A stretch of DNA of 40,623 nt, from the IMG/VR virus record IMGVR_UViG_3300037692_000196, positions 1-40,623 of that record. One strand, 5' to 3'. This DNA is from a virus (Duplodnaviria > Caudoviricetes). The position numbers were made by a program, and so were the translations under genes. Every line of letters starts with the position of its first letter. Position 1 is the first letter of the stretch. Below are positions 1 through 9,032 of the stretch, one piece after another. The notes under the pieces are model-generated. The model was not told where the DNA came from. It searched no databases and worked only from the letters and a program-made list of their open reading frames with translations.

Positions 1-60
1 GCGGAGGTGGCGCGGGTGGCGTAGGTGGCGGCGTAGGTGGCGGCGTCGGTGGCGGCCTCG
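1..60. repeat. Imperfect 12-bp tandem repeat (GGTGGCGGCGTM, AATY/AATD)
   Basis: Same unit as at 40452-40623. Confidence 0.9.
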
Positions 61-350
61 GTATCGGAGGGGGCTGCGGTCCAGTTGGAAACCCGCGCCC
101 GCCAAATCGCGGCGGATGCGTCATGTGCGATGGCCATCACCAATGGCGACGGCACGATAACCACACGCGGTTTCTTTAGCCCGGCAACCGCATATAGTGC
201 GTGAATGGCCGGAATGATCTTGTCCGGCTCAATCGGGTCGGTGCGGAATGCTATGTCGATCCATTTTTTGACGATCTTCTGCATCGCCTCGCGCTCGGCA
301 GCCGTGATTCCGCCCTCCGCGCGGTCAGGGCGACGAACGATCTTGGTCAT
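1..350 (-). CDS. N-terminal part of DUF6745-like protein (continues at the other window end)
   Basis: ATG at 350 overlaps the upstream stop; reads MTKIVRRPDRAEGGIT...LYAVAGLKKPRVVIVPSPL...EAATDAATYAATY and stays open to base 1. Confidence 0.8.
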   Translation of the reverse strand, partial: MTKIVRRPDRAEGGITAAEREAMQKIVKKWIDIAFRTDPIEPDKIIPAIHALYAVAGLKKPRVVIVPSPLVMAIAHDASAAIWRARVSNWTAAPSDTEAATDAATYAATYATRATS

Positions 351-535
351 TTCTTCCTCCACATCGCCGAGGCAAATGCCTTGCGGGCCGCGTCGAATTC
401 ACGTTGAAGAAGCTCCTCGCGGGCGTAGTGGAGACATGCACACCATTCGAAGACGCAAATCTCCTGAACGTTATCCCAATCGGGGCAGCCGGTTTCGACG
501 GCAATCTCCTTGCGCAGCAGGCGTTCACCCTTCAT
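347..535 (-). CDS. Hypothetical protein
   Basis: MKGERLLRKEIAVETG...; tightly packed, ATGA overlap with next gene. Confidence 0.6.
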   Translation of the reverse strand: MKGERLLRKEIAVETGCPDWDNVQEICVFEWCACLHYAREELLQREFDAARKAFASAMWRKK

Positions 536-704
536 CGTCTTGCCCCTTCGTCCTTTGCTGAGGCAATATTTTAACCGCCGCCAGAATGGTTTGACGAGAA
601 ATGAACATGACCGGGATATCCTCGCCTTCCGGACGGAACCAAACGCCATCGTGCTCGCTATCGTAGGCCAAGCTCCCATCCTCGTATTCGATAAACCCCT
701 TCAT
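525..704 (-). CDS. Hypothetical protein (59 aa, below ORF-track cutoff)
   Basis: MKGFIEYEDGSLAYDSEHDGVWFRPEG...QDDEG; overlaps both neighbours. Confidence 0.6.
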   Translation of the reverse strand: MKGFIEYEDGSLAYDSEHDGVWFRPEGEDIPVMFISRQTILAAVKILPQQRTKGQDDEG

Positions 705-871
705 CGCGCCCCCCAGAACGCGGTGACCAGCAGCACGAAGCCCAGCAGACCGCAGGCAGTCACAAGGGCGCGCAGTATCGTCGGCCAGTCGATTGACGAC
801 GGTCGCTCGTTCTCGGCGCGGCGCAGCATCAGGCCAACGCCGGTTGTTTGATGGTCAATGCGGCGGTTCAT
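701..871 (-). CDS. Small membrane protein
   Basis: MNRRIDHQ...; C-terminal hydrophobic helix; GAAGGAG RBS. Confidence 0.6.
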   Translation of the reverse strand: MNRRIDHQTTGVGLMLRRAENERPSSIDWPTILRALVTACGLLGFVLLVTAFWGAR

Positions 872-1191
872 TGGCTTTCTCCTTCTGTCGCCCTGATCGC
901 GGTGCGAGCCATATAGCGGTAATCCGACTGACATTTATGTTCGTTCACGGATATAGGAAACTCGTTGAAAGGGTCGTCGGGTGCCGCGGCCAATGCTCTT
1001 GACACCTTTTCCACCAACTCCTCATCGTTGGAAGGGTCGTCGGGTGTGGCGTCGAGCATGTTTTTATACCCCGCAGCAACACATTGATGTACTGTGTGGT
1101 CGCAATTTGCACAGCCACAACGGATGTTAAAGCCCTCGCCAGCCTCGCACATTTTATCGGTTGGCTTGACCGGCACCAGTTTCCATTTCAT
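868..1191 (-). CDS. Hypothetical phage protein
   Basis: MKWKLVPVKPTDKMCEAG; 'LVPxxPTxxM' motif common in phage early genes. Confidence 0.7.
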   Translation of the reverse strand: MKWKLVPVKPTDKMCEAGEGFNIRCGCANCDHTVHQCVAAGYKNMLDATPDDPSNDEELVEKVSRALAAAPDDPFNEFPISVNEHKCQSDYRYMARTAIRATEGESQ

Positions 1192-1526
1192 AGCCCTTCC
1201 CCCTCGGTCCATGTTATTTTAACACATGCTATACGGTCGCTCATTGCGGCTGCGCCAGCCGCTTCGCGGCTACGATATCCAAACCAGTCGGGGTACATGT
1301 TCACCTAACGTTCGTGCGTTTGCGGCACGTTTACGAGATCATATACAATTCCTCTGTCGTTCCGATCACTCCAGCGACGGCCATCAGAAAGCCAACGCAT
1401 AGGTATCCATCCTCCATCTCCGCGACGAGCCCCCAAAATATAATCAGGGTATACCTCGTAAACCTTGGCTTCCCGCCCGTCTCGTGTTTGAACAGGCTTC
1501 GTTGGATCGAGTTTTTTGTCGGTCAT
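1188..1526 (-). pseudogene. Phage protein (PVQTRDGR family) with in-frame TAG at 1305-1307
   Basis: Frame continues after TAG (...HER*VNMYPDW...RIACVKITWTEGEGL) to a TGA overlapping the next ATG. Confidence 0.65.
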
Positions 1527-1527
1527 T

Positions 1528-1761
1528 TCAATTCTCCTTCTCCTCATGCTTCTCTGGCACGTCCACGAGGGTGAATTTTTCGCTGGGCCGTGCATCCCGT
1601 CCATACCACGTTTCACGTTGTTGCACGGCAACATCGAATGCAGCCAAGCACGCCGTAAGATACTGTGCCAATATCCAGTCCGGCGTATTGCTGGCGTTCT
1701 CAGCGCTTGCGCGGTTGATTGCGATCTTGATCTCTTCCCACAAATCACTCATTTGCTCCAT
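1528..1761 (-). CDS. Conserved phage hypothetical protein
   Basis: INRASAENASNTPDWILAQYL motif typical of a small phage family. Confidence 0.7.
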   Translation of the reverse strand: MEQMSDLWEEIKIAINRASAENASNTPDWILAQYLTACLAAFDVAVQQRETWYGRDARPSEKFTLVDVPEKHEEKEN

Positions 1762-1943
1762 CCTTTCCTATAGGCTTGCGGCAGTCGGGTAGGTACTTCG
1801 GCGTCCGACTCGATGATGCTGTTCAATACCTCCTGATCGTCCAACACCGCGCGTACGTGGGGGTCGATCTCCGGGGTCCGGCGACGGCGCTTCCGCCACC
1901 TTGCAGCGTGGACGGCGAGCCACCAGCGGATGCGGGTGATCAT
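1749..1943 (-). CDS. Hypothetical protein
   Basis: MITRIRWWLAV...; ATGA overlap with upstream gene. Confidence 0.5.
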   Translation of the reverse strand: MITRIRWWLAVHAARWRKRRRRTPEIDPHVRAVLDDQEVLNSIIESDAEVPTRLPQAYRKGWSK

Positions 1944-2311
1944 CGCAGCGCGCCCCACATAAGGATGGACAACCCGCAGATGATCTTGCGGGCGCCCTCG
2001 TACTCTTTTCGCCAATGGGAGACTTCTGTTTGCAGCGTTTCGATGGCATTTTTGATCGGCTCCGCACCATGCCAATTGCCGGGCTCACCAGTCGCCGCCG
2101 TCACGATTTGGTAACAGCCGTTGACGATAGCGGTTTGCGTTCGGGCCTCCTGCGCGTGTCCCTGCGCCTCTAATTTCAGGCGGTCGTATAGGTCGGTAAG
2201 CCGCTCAACTTCTGTTTGCAGCGCCTTGATGGCACCGGCGGCTTCGGGGCCTTCGGGATTGCGATACCAACTGGCGTTCAGCCGCTCAATGAGTTCGCTG
2301 TAATCAATCAT
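1940..2311 (-). CDS. Hypothetical coiled-coil protein
   Basis: MIDYSELIERL...EAAGAIKALQTEVERL; duplicated LQTEV segment. Confidence 0.7.
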   Translation of the reverse strand: MIDYSELIERLNASWYRNPEGPEAAGAIKALQTEVERLTDLYDRLKLEAQGHAQEARTQTAIVNGCYQIVTAATGEPGNWHGAEPIKNAIETLQTEVSHWRKEYEGARKIICGLSILMWGALR

Positions 2312-2552
2312 TTCCAATCTCCCTATTTTCCTCCATTGCTCGAAAGTACGCCTCTTCCGCTTCGCGTTCCTCGCGTTGACGTTGCCGAAGCTCTTCTTGC
2401 CGACGCTGCTCACGGCTCACACATTCTTCAGCGGACAGCCCATCCCATCGGGCACACTCGATGTTGTCGTAACTGATTTTGTCCGGGTTCATCCCCCGTC
2501 TCCATGCTTCGTAAAAGACATCGCCCACATAATCATCGGGTTTATTCATCAT
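2304..2552 (-). CDS. Hypothetical protein
   Basis: MMNKPDDYVGDVFYEAWRRG...; GGAG RBS; overlaps neighbours. Confidence 0.65.
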   Translation of the reverse strand: MMNKPDDYVGDVFYEAWRRGMNPDKISYDNIECARWDGLSAEECVSREQRRQEELRQRQREEREAEEAYFRAMEENREIGND

Positions 2553-2664
2553 GCGCTCTCCATGAAGTCCGCCACCCGCGCCGCTTGCGCGAATGCGCTG
2601 TCCCAAGTGTCCCCGCAGGCGAAGCGCCACGAGAACACCGCGAAGAACCAATCCGACCAGAGCA

Positions 2665-2931
2665 TCACGGATACCCCTCCGTGAATTCGGGCTCGTACTG
2701 CGGCGGGTCGTAATACTCGTTGATCTCCCTGGCCCGCGCGTCGATCTCCCACGCGACCTCGACCAGCAAATCCTCGACCTTCGCGCCATCGACCTCCATG
2801 ATATCAGAGCGGTCTTGGAGTTCCCGCTGCATCCGCATCAGGTCGGCGCACATTTCCAAGAGCGCGGTTTTGTCTGAAATCGTCTGATCGACCGTTTCAC
2901 GTGAAACGTGATAGTGGAGATTGTGCGTCAT
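2665..2931 (-). CDS. Hypothetical acidic protein (contains parS-like site)
   Basis: 88-aa ORF with GGAG/AGGA RBS. Confidence 0.65.
   Translation of the reverse strand: MTHNLHYHVSRETVDQTISDKTALLEMCADLMRMQRELQDRSDIMEVDGAKVEDLLVEVAWEIDARAREINEYYDPPQYEPEFTEGYP
2893..2908. promoter_or_regulatory. parS: parS-like palindrome CGTTTCACGTGAAACG
   Basis: Perfect 16-bp palindrome, 14/16 match to TGTTTCACGTGAAACA. Confidence 0.7.
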
Positions 2932-2935
2932 CGTC

Positions 2936-3538
2936 CTACTCCAAACAAGTTACTTCTGATGCGAATACGGTTCCCTTTGGCGGACAATTTGGTCCCAAGC
3001 CACAATTGGTAAACTGTTCGCCGGAAGAACGAAGTGTAACCTTGAATGCCTTTTCATGAGACTTCTTATATCTACACATTACTATTCTAGACTCTGTAAA
3101 GCCCCTTGCCCACGACACAGCATCAAGTTTTGTCTCGAAAACTGCAAAGGGGCCATCTCCTTCACGAGGAACGACCGTTTCGTTTTTGTGGTAACGATAA
3201 CCTAGCTTGCATAGAAGGTACCGCTCGATAAACCACGGCCCCCGTGTCGCCGAGATTACCTTGTAGCCGAGCCCTACTTCTTTGGCCTCTTTCAGGTCAT
3301 CGACGTGCCATTCGGCGGCAATTTTCCACGCCTCGCGCTTGATGTATTTGAGCGCCGACACGGACCACCGTTTCGTGATCGCGCGATTGACTGCCCGCCA
3401 ATCAAACTCCGCCGCGCCGGGTGTGCATAAGGCGCGGGCATAGGCATAGACTACATCGTCGCGGGTGTTTCTAGAGATGCGCACGCAAAGGAAGATGTCG
3501 GCGGCGCACAACTCGATATCGGTGTTGAAGGACATCAT
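2936..3538 (-). CDS. Hypothetical protein, possibly a two-module fusion
   Basis: MMSFNTDIELC...; 3' half visibly more AT-rich. Confidence 0.65.
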   Translation of the reverse strand: MMSFNTDIELCAADIFLCVRISRNTRDDVVYAYARALCTPGAAEFDWRAVNRAITKRWSVSALKYIKREAWKIAAEWHVDDLKEAKEVGLGYKVISATRGPWFIERYLLCKLGYRYHKNETVVPREGDGPFAVFETKLDAVSWARGFTESRIVMCRYKKSHEKAFKVTLRSSGEQFTNCGLGPNCPPKGTVFASEVTCLE

Positions 3539-3984
3539 TTTTTCTCCATGAAATCCGCCCACTCCGGCGTCGTGAGGATAATTCCTTGCTCGGCGTAGTG
3601 GCGCTGCATGTCGTCCAGATACCGCGTCAATTGCTTCGTCGTCATGTGCCGCGTCACCGCCAGATCGAAGGGCTCAACCATCAGAGCCAGTTTTTCCTCG
3701 TAAGACAGCGGCTTTACCAGCCTATCGTAAGCCTCGCGGAAAGCGTCGTCCTCGCGCCGGATTGGCACGCCGATGGTGAGCTTGCAATAGGCCCGGACCT
3801 CTGAAGGCGTCACGTCGCCAAGCTGCTCGGCGGCTTCCTTGTACCACGCGAACGCAAGACGATTTTGCGCCGCGCTCCGGTGCTTTCCCATCGTCACCGA
3901 CAGCGTGAACGGGAGCTTGAGGCCCGCCACATACTTGACGGCCATCTCCTGTTGATACTCTGTCTCGACGATCCGGGTGCTCAT
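3535..3984 (-). CDS. NinB/Orf-like recombination accessory protein
   Basis: RSAAQNRLAFAW...TRHMTTKQLTRYLDDMQRHYAEQGI pattern; recombination-cluster context. Confidence 0.75.
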   Translation of the reverse strand: MSTRIVETEYQQEMAVKYVAGLKLPFTLSVTMGKHRSAAQNRLAFAWYKEAAEQLGDVTPSEVRAYCKLTIGVPIRREDDAFREAYDRLVKPLSYEEKLALMVEPFDLAVTRHMTTKQLTRYLDDMQRHYAEQGIILTTPEWADFMEKK

Positions 3985-4253
3985 GCAAGCGGCTCCATAT
4001 TAAATTCCAAGGCATCCAGCCCAGGAACAAACGCTATCGGGCATCGCCCCTCAATTGCATGAAGGCCATATGATGTGACTCCAATGGGTTCGCCTCGGTT
4101 ATCAATCACAAGCATTAAAGCAGCGTTCTTCTCGGTGATTGCGATCAATACCATCGAATGTCCGGCCCGGCGCCCATACCCGCCGGACAAGGCATATACA
4201 TTCCCGACGGTGGGCTGAGAAAAACTTGGAAACTCAGTCACGTTGATCTTCAT
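3981..4253 (-). CDS. Hypothetical protein
   Basis: 90-aa ORF coupled on both sides. Confidence 0.65.
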   Translation of the reverse strand: MKINVTEFPSFSQPTVGNVYALSGGYGRRAGHSMVLIAITEKNAALMLVIDNRGEPIGVTSYGLHAIEGRCPIAFVPGLDALEFNMEPLA

Positions 4254-4567
4254 GGATTACCTCCCCATCTCCGCATCTCCGCAACGGCCGCCCCGTAGTT
4301 CCCGCCCGCTGCGTATAGCCGCTTGGCGAGGTCCGGGCCGTCAACTCCCCGCTCCGATAGAAACCGCGTCTCGTTGCCGTCCGCGTGGATTGCGGCATGG
4401 TGAATCGAGCATACCGGAATCGTGTGCTTGTCGGCTGCCTTCATCCCCATGCCGCGCACCACTCCTCTCAGCAGATGATGAACTTGCGTGTCGCCGTGGC
4501 GGAAACAAAGGCAGCACGGCAACGACGCGACGAAAGCCAGGTGTTTTTTGTCTCTTTTCCGGGGCAT
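4250..4567 (-). CDS. DUF968/HNH-like zinc-binding protein
   Basis: HLAFVASLPCCLC...QVHHL...GMGMKAADKHTIPVCSIHH. Confidence 0.8.
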   Translation of the reverse strand: MPRKRDKKHLAFVASLPCCLCFRHGDTQVHHLLRGVVRGMGMKAADKHTIPVCSIHHAAIHADGNETRFLSERGVDGPDLAKRLYAAGGNYGAAVAEMRRWGGNP

Positions 4568-4628
4568 GTCTAGATTCTCAGTCGTTGCGTAGCGATGCGT
4601 GGCGTGGCGTAGCGACGCGGGGCGCCGT

Positions 4629-4865
4629 TTAAAAAGGTATCTCGTCATCGGCCGGCCTTTCCGTCTCGGTCCCGCGCGGGTCCGACATCTTGAGCGACAG
4701 GAACTTCGTCCGCGCCTGCTTCGTCCAGGCGGCGAGGTTCAGCTTTTCCCCGGCCTTGATATCGCGGTGGGCGATCACGAATCCGGTCATCGTCGGCGAC
4801 GTGTCCTTATTGCGGTTTTCGTTGGGGAACAGCACGCCGTCCCCGGGGCGGTTTTCGTATGCCAT
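4629..4865 (-). CDS. Small ssDNA-binding-like protein (DUF736-like)
   Basis: GVLFPNE...LAAW...FLSL with SSB-type acidic tail DDEIPF. Confidence 0.7.
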   Translation of the reverse strand: MAYENRPGDGVLFPNENRNKDTSPTMTGFVIAHRDIKAGEKLNLAAWTKQARTKFLSLKMSDPRGTETERPADDEIPF

Positions 4866-4891
4866 GATTCACCTACATCAAAGGGTTGGTT

Positions 4892-5671
4892 TCATCTCAC
4901 CACGGCCGCCGTATCCTCGAAGATGCGGACGCCACGCAGTTCCCGACCCCCGGCCTTAATGAACGACCGCACGGCCTGTTCCAGCGCAGGGTGTGAAATA
5001 TGTTCGCGGAGGGATTCGAGGTCGAGTGTGGCGCGGCTGAGGTCGCCAAACGTCCATGCCGTTCGTAGGCTTCCCACTGAACCGTAGTTGCTCCGCGTGC
5101 GCGACAGGTCCGCCGCCGCCGCTTCCGCTGCCCGTTCAGCCTTGACGGCGGCGGCGTACGCTTGCTTGGATTGTTCTTCGGCAGCGATGGCACCGTCCAG
5201 GCTTGCATCGTCGTTGGCCTGTGCCGCAGCATCCTCGGCCGCCCGCTCCCTCGCCTCAGCCTCCTCGCGCGCCTTACGCTCAGCCTCCTCGCGGGCGCGC
5301 CGTTCGTTCTCGGCCTTCTTCCGCAAGTATGCCGTCAAACGCCCTTCGATTTCCTTCTTGGCCTTGGCGAGGGGTTCGGTGATCCCTTTGAAGAAACCAT
5401 CGACGACGCGGCCGGCCTCGAGATGCGGTTCTTTCTCGGCAACGCGCGCCGTTTCTGCGTTCTTGGTGGCGGCACCAAGTTGTTTGATGAAATCCTGAAT
5501 CCTGCCGGCGGTCTCGTCGTCATCGATGGAGACGGGCGCACGCTCGGCGCCGGCAAGAAGTTCGTCGCGTCGCTTTGCCAGATCGCCGTGGCGCGCGGCC
5601 AATTCCTCATGGAGCGTCGGTGGCTGATTATGCCCCGGACCGGGCGAAGTGATTTCAGTGGTAGCGTTCAT
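4892..5671 (-). CDS. Gam/Gp157-like coiled-coil protein
   Basis: GHNQPP start, long coiled coil, C-terminal GGRELRGVRIFED. Confidence 0.6.
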   Translation of the reverse strand: MNATTEITSPGPGHNQPPTLHEELAARHGDLAKRRDELLAGAERAPVSIDDDETAGRIQDFIKQLGAATKNAETARVAEKEPHLEAGRVVDGFFKGITEPLAKAKKEIEGRLTAYLRKKAENERRAREEAERKAREEAEARERAAEDAAAQANDDASLDGAIAAEEQSKQAYAAAVKAERAAEAAAADLSRTRSNYGSVGSLRTAWTFGDLSRATLDLESLREHISHPALEQAVRSFIKAGGRELRGVRIFEDTAAVVR

Positions 5672-5686
5672 AGGTTTTCCTTTCGA

Positions 5687-6391
5687 TCAAAACACCGAGG
5701 GTTTCTCGGCCAGATTGACGGATATCGCGACGGGCGGCGGTGCCGGGATGCGGCGTGGCGCCGTCACCGATCCGTCCTGTGCACGGAGTGCTGCGGTAAT
5801 CTCGTCGCGCTCCCGACAGAGGCCGGGGAGGACGTTTCGGATGTTGTTCCGCAGGTGCGGGTCGGGCGCCTGCCGGATGACGAGGAGCGGGAGAATCGGG
5901 TGGTAGAAAACGAGGTCGCACCACGCTCGCTCGCAGACGAGCATCTGGGCCTGGGCCTGCACGATGTAATCGGCCGGCGCCCTTCTGTTTCGACCGTAAT
6001 AGAGGATCACGTCGGCGTGCCGCTCCGCCTTGAGGCACTTGATTTCGATCATTCCGTCGTCGCCGACGAAGCCGTCCGGTGAACAGCCCATGATTCCGTC
6101 ATCGGTGGTGACGAAGCCGATCTTCTCGACGGTGCTGTCGGTGGCAAACTCGTAAAGCCGGATCGCCTCGTCCTCCATGGCCCGCCCGCGTTCGGTCCAC
6201 TGGTTGCCTTCCCAAGCATCGACCGGTTGTCCGGCAAAGGTTTCGCAGGCCAGCGTCATCGCGTAGCCGGACAGGGACTTGGAAACCAGACCCGTGGTGG
6301 TGATCATGCGGTTGCATTCCGAGGCGGTCGGCTTGCCGGCCCGCAGCCGATACCATTCCTCGGAACGTTGTTCGACATCGTGAATGATCAT
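5687..6391 (-). CDS. YqaJ/lambda-exonuclease family protein
   Basis: QRSEEWYRLRAGKPTAS, GCSPDG, IEIKC, Q.QAQM motifs. Confidence 0.92.
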   Translation of the reverse strand: MIIHDVEQRSEEWYRLRAGKPTASECNRMITTTGLVSKSLSGYAMTLACETFAGQPVDAWEGNQWTERGRAMEDEAIRLYEFATDSTVEKIGFVTTDDGIMGCSPDGFVGDDGMIEIKCLKAERHADVILYYGRNRRAPADYIVQAQAQMLVCERAWCDLVFYHPILPLLVIRQAPDPHLRNNIRNVLPGLCRERDEITAALRAQDGSVTAPRRIPAPPPVAISVNLAEKPSVF

Positions 6392-7149
6392 GGCTGGCGC
6401 CCCGCGGTGCGCGCCTGGTTGATCAGATTGCGCGCCTTACCGAGTTGGCCCCGCTTGATGGCGGAGAGCGATTCCGCCGGAATGCACTTGCAAAACTTCT
6501 TGATATCGCGCCCCATTTCGTCGAGGGCGGTTTCCAGTTCGTGGGCTTCCTTGTCGGAGATTGGCAAATCCCTGTCCTCGCCATCGACGCCACCGCCCCC
6601 GTCGTCATCCTGGCCCTCGGTCGCCAACCCGCACGCCGCGAGGAGGGTATAACGCTCCAGGTATGTGACCGTGGACCCGACGGCCTGAATCGGATTTTTG
6701 TTGCCCGACGTGTCGGGGCCGGCCTGCAACGTTGTCCGCTTCTCGTGGCCCATCTCGTGCGTGAGAATGCAGGTGACCGTGATGATTTGACCGTCCGACT
6801 TGGTTTCCCAATCGTACGTGATTCCCACCGCCGACAGGGCGGGATCGAGGGTGTTACATACCTCGTCGAGCGTGGCGTGGTCGTAGTCGGTAGTTTCGTT
6901 AGTACGCCGCGACGTATAGCCGACGTGGCGGTTTTTCTTGATCTTCGGCGGCGACCGCTTGAATTCCGCCATCGAAACGACGAACGCCTTGCGGGCGCGG
7001 TCCGCTTCCCACCGCTGCTGCAAATCGAGCAGCGCGTTAAGCTGTGCGGCATCGACACCCTTTTCCACGGCCATCTGCATCAACTGCATCGGCGTGAGGG
7101 TGACGATCTCCTGCGGTTTCGGGTCGATTTTCTGTACAGCGTTTTCCAT
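6388..7149 (-). CDS. erf: ERF-family single-strand annealing protein
   Basis: QAVGSTVTYLERYTLLAACGLATEGQDDDG motif. Confidence 0.9.
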   Translation of the reverse strand: MENAVQKIDPKPQEIVTLTPMQLMQMAVEKGVDAAQLNALLDLQQRWEADRARKAFVVSMAEFKRSPPKIKKNRHVGYTSRRTNETTDYDHATLDEVCNTLDPALSAVGITYDWETKSDGQIITVTCILTHEMGHEKRTTLQAGPDTSGNKNPIQAVGSTVTYLERYTLLAACGLATEGQDDDGGGGVDGEDRDLPISDKEAHELETALDEMGRDIKKFCKCIPAESLSAIKRGQLGKARNLINQARTAGRQP

Positions 7150-7159
7150 TATTACCCTC

Positions 7160-7357
7160 TCAATTCCCATTCTTGTAGGGGCCTCTTGGACGCAGTCGCA
7201 TCCCGATTGATCGCGGCCTCAGCGGCACGCCCTGCCGGACAAGGTGAAGGTGGACGTTCTGAAACGTGCACCCCACCTTGTCAGCCACTTCCCGAAGGTT
7301 CAGGCCCTCTTTGTAAAGGCGGATGATCTCGTCGCGGTCGTACTTGCGTTTACCCAT
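7160..7357 (-). CDS. Small HTH DNA-binding protein
   Basis: IIRLYKEGLNLREVADKVGCTFQNV. Confidence 0.75.
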   Translation of the reverse strand: MGKRKYDRDEIIRLYKEGLNLREVADKVGCTFQNVHLHLVRQGVPLRPRSIGMRLRPRGPYKNGN

Positions 7358-7679
7358 TTTGATCCTCCGGGGGCTCGGAAAGGGGCATCCAGTGGGTCGG
7401 GACGCCTATCAGTCCGCAGGTTCGCCACCAATCCCCGTCAGCCGGAATAATCTCGGGTTCTTCGTATCTTCCACCGATCACAATTACGTTGCCCCCATTC
7501 GGCGCGGTTTCAATCGGCTGCCACGGCATCCGGGGCACGGCGGATAGGGCAATGCGCACAGACCGCACCACATCTTCTTGTTCATCCGGCAAGATTGCTG
7601 AAACAAACGGCCCGTAGCGATCTTCAAGCACAGCAGCAACCGCCTTCTCGATCTCGGCTTCGGTGTAGTCACGAGCCAT
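7350..7679 (-). CDS. DUF551-like protein
   Basis: WQPIETAP...PTHWMPLSEPP. Confidence 0.75.
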   Translation of the reverse strand: MARDYTEAEIEKAVAAVLEDRYGPFVSAILPDEQEDVVRSVRIALSAVPRMPWQPIETAPNGGNVIVIGGRYEEPEIIPADGDWWRTCGLIGVPTHWMPLSEPPEDQNG

Positions 7680-7694
7680 TTCGTATCTCCATTG

Positions 7695-8251
<557 letters not shown>

Positions 8252-8261
<10 letters not shown>

Positions 8262-8536
8262 GGCGCACCTTCCCACGCTTTCACGGCAGCGGCGGTACAC
8301 TCGGCAACACAGGTGATGTCGCGGAGTTCGATGTCGGCGGCGGGGCCAACCCGCGCACCGCCCAACGGACCCATTGCCGCCAGTCCGAGGAATCCCTTGT
8401 TCTCTTTCGGCCAATAGAGGCAGTTGCGGGCCGCCCGCAGCTTGATCGTTGCGCCGCCCGTGTCCGTGGCGTATCCGAAGAACACGCCACGATGGGCGGT
8501 CGTCACCAGCACCGCCCGCTCTTTGCGCTTTGTCAT
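8252..8536 (-). CDS. DUF6948-like protein
   Basis: VLVTTAHRGVFFG...LRAARNCLYW...LAAMGP; family usually upstream of GYG-repeat genes; AAGGAG RBS. Confidence 0.7.
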
Positions 8537-8570
8537 GTTGGAAACTCCTTTTTCCATGCGATAGCCCAAC

Positions 8571-8599
8571 CACGCTATCAAAAGATTTTTTGGCCGTCA
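8571..8599 (-). promoter_or_regulatory. Leftward early sigma70-like promoter
   Basis: TTGACG-17 nt-TAGCGT on the minus strand in an AT-rich divergent gap. Confidence 0.5.
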
Positions 8600-8621
8600 A
8601 GCAAAATTCAAAACTTTTTTG

Positions 8622-8650
8622 TTGACATCCGAAATCGAAAGCCGGACAAT
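8622..8650 (+). promoter_or_regulatory. Rightward promoter, probably leaderless for the cro-like gene
   Basis: TTGACA-17 nt-GACAAT, 7 nt before ATG 8658; no RBS. Confidence 0.6.
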
Positions 8651-8657
8651 CGCCGGC

Positions 8658-8852
8658 ATGAAGTTGCAAACATACCTTCGGCGGGCGAAGATCGAGCCCG
8701 AGGAATTCGCGGTGCTGCTGGGGGTCCACAAGGAGAGCGTGCGCCTCTGGTTGGCCGGCCAAGTCATCCCGCGCCGCCGCGCCATGCAAAAGATCATGGA
8801 GTACACGGCCGGCAAGGTGAAGCCCAACGACTTCTTCACGGAGGACGGATGA
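8658..8852 (+). CDS. Cro-like HTH regulator
   Basis: MKLQTYL...EEFAVLLGVHKESVRLWLAG...TAGKVKPNDF. Confidence 0.85.
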   Translation: MKLQTYLRRAKIEPEEFAVLLGVHKESVRLWLAGQVIPRRRAMQKIMEYTAGKVKPNDFFTEDG

Positions 8853-8980
8853 CCTTCACCGCGTGGTCTCCTGATGTTGCGGTTGGCCCGCGATTCCCTA
8901 TCGGCTAAACTGGAGTACGGCACAGAGAACGCGGAAAATGGTTGACGTTTGGCAAGACGATTTCCCCCTCCCTGAACCTG

Positions 8981-9010
8981 GCCGGGGCACGAGCGCCCCG
9001 GCGCTTTTTC
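8981..9010 (+). terminator. Possible intrinsic terminator
   Basis: GCCGGGGC-6 nt-GCCCCGGC followed by GCTTTTT. Confidence 0.45.
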
Positions 9011-9032
9011 GGGACGCGGGCGGCGAACCGCA

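Noticed and set aside
1-60. Terminal direct repeats as physical genome ends
   Set aside because: The similarity to the right end comes from a low-complexity coding repeat inside one gene; an assembly break is more likely.
1305-1307. Genome-wide TAG recoding
   Set aside because: TAG ends several clear genes (terL, portal, scaffold, LamG) and no suppressor tRNA is seen.
1609-1624. Third parS-like sequence CGTTTCACGTTGTTGC
   Set aside because: Only one half-site matches; not palindromic.
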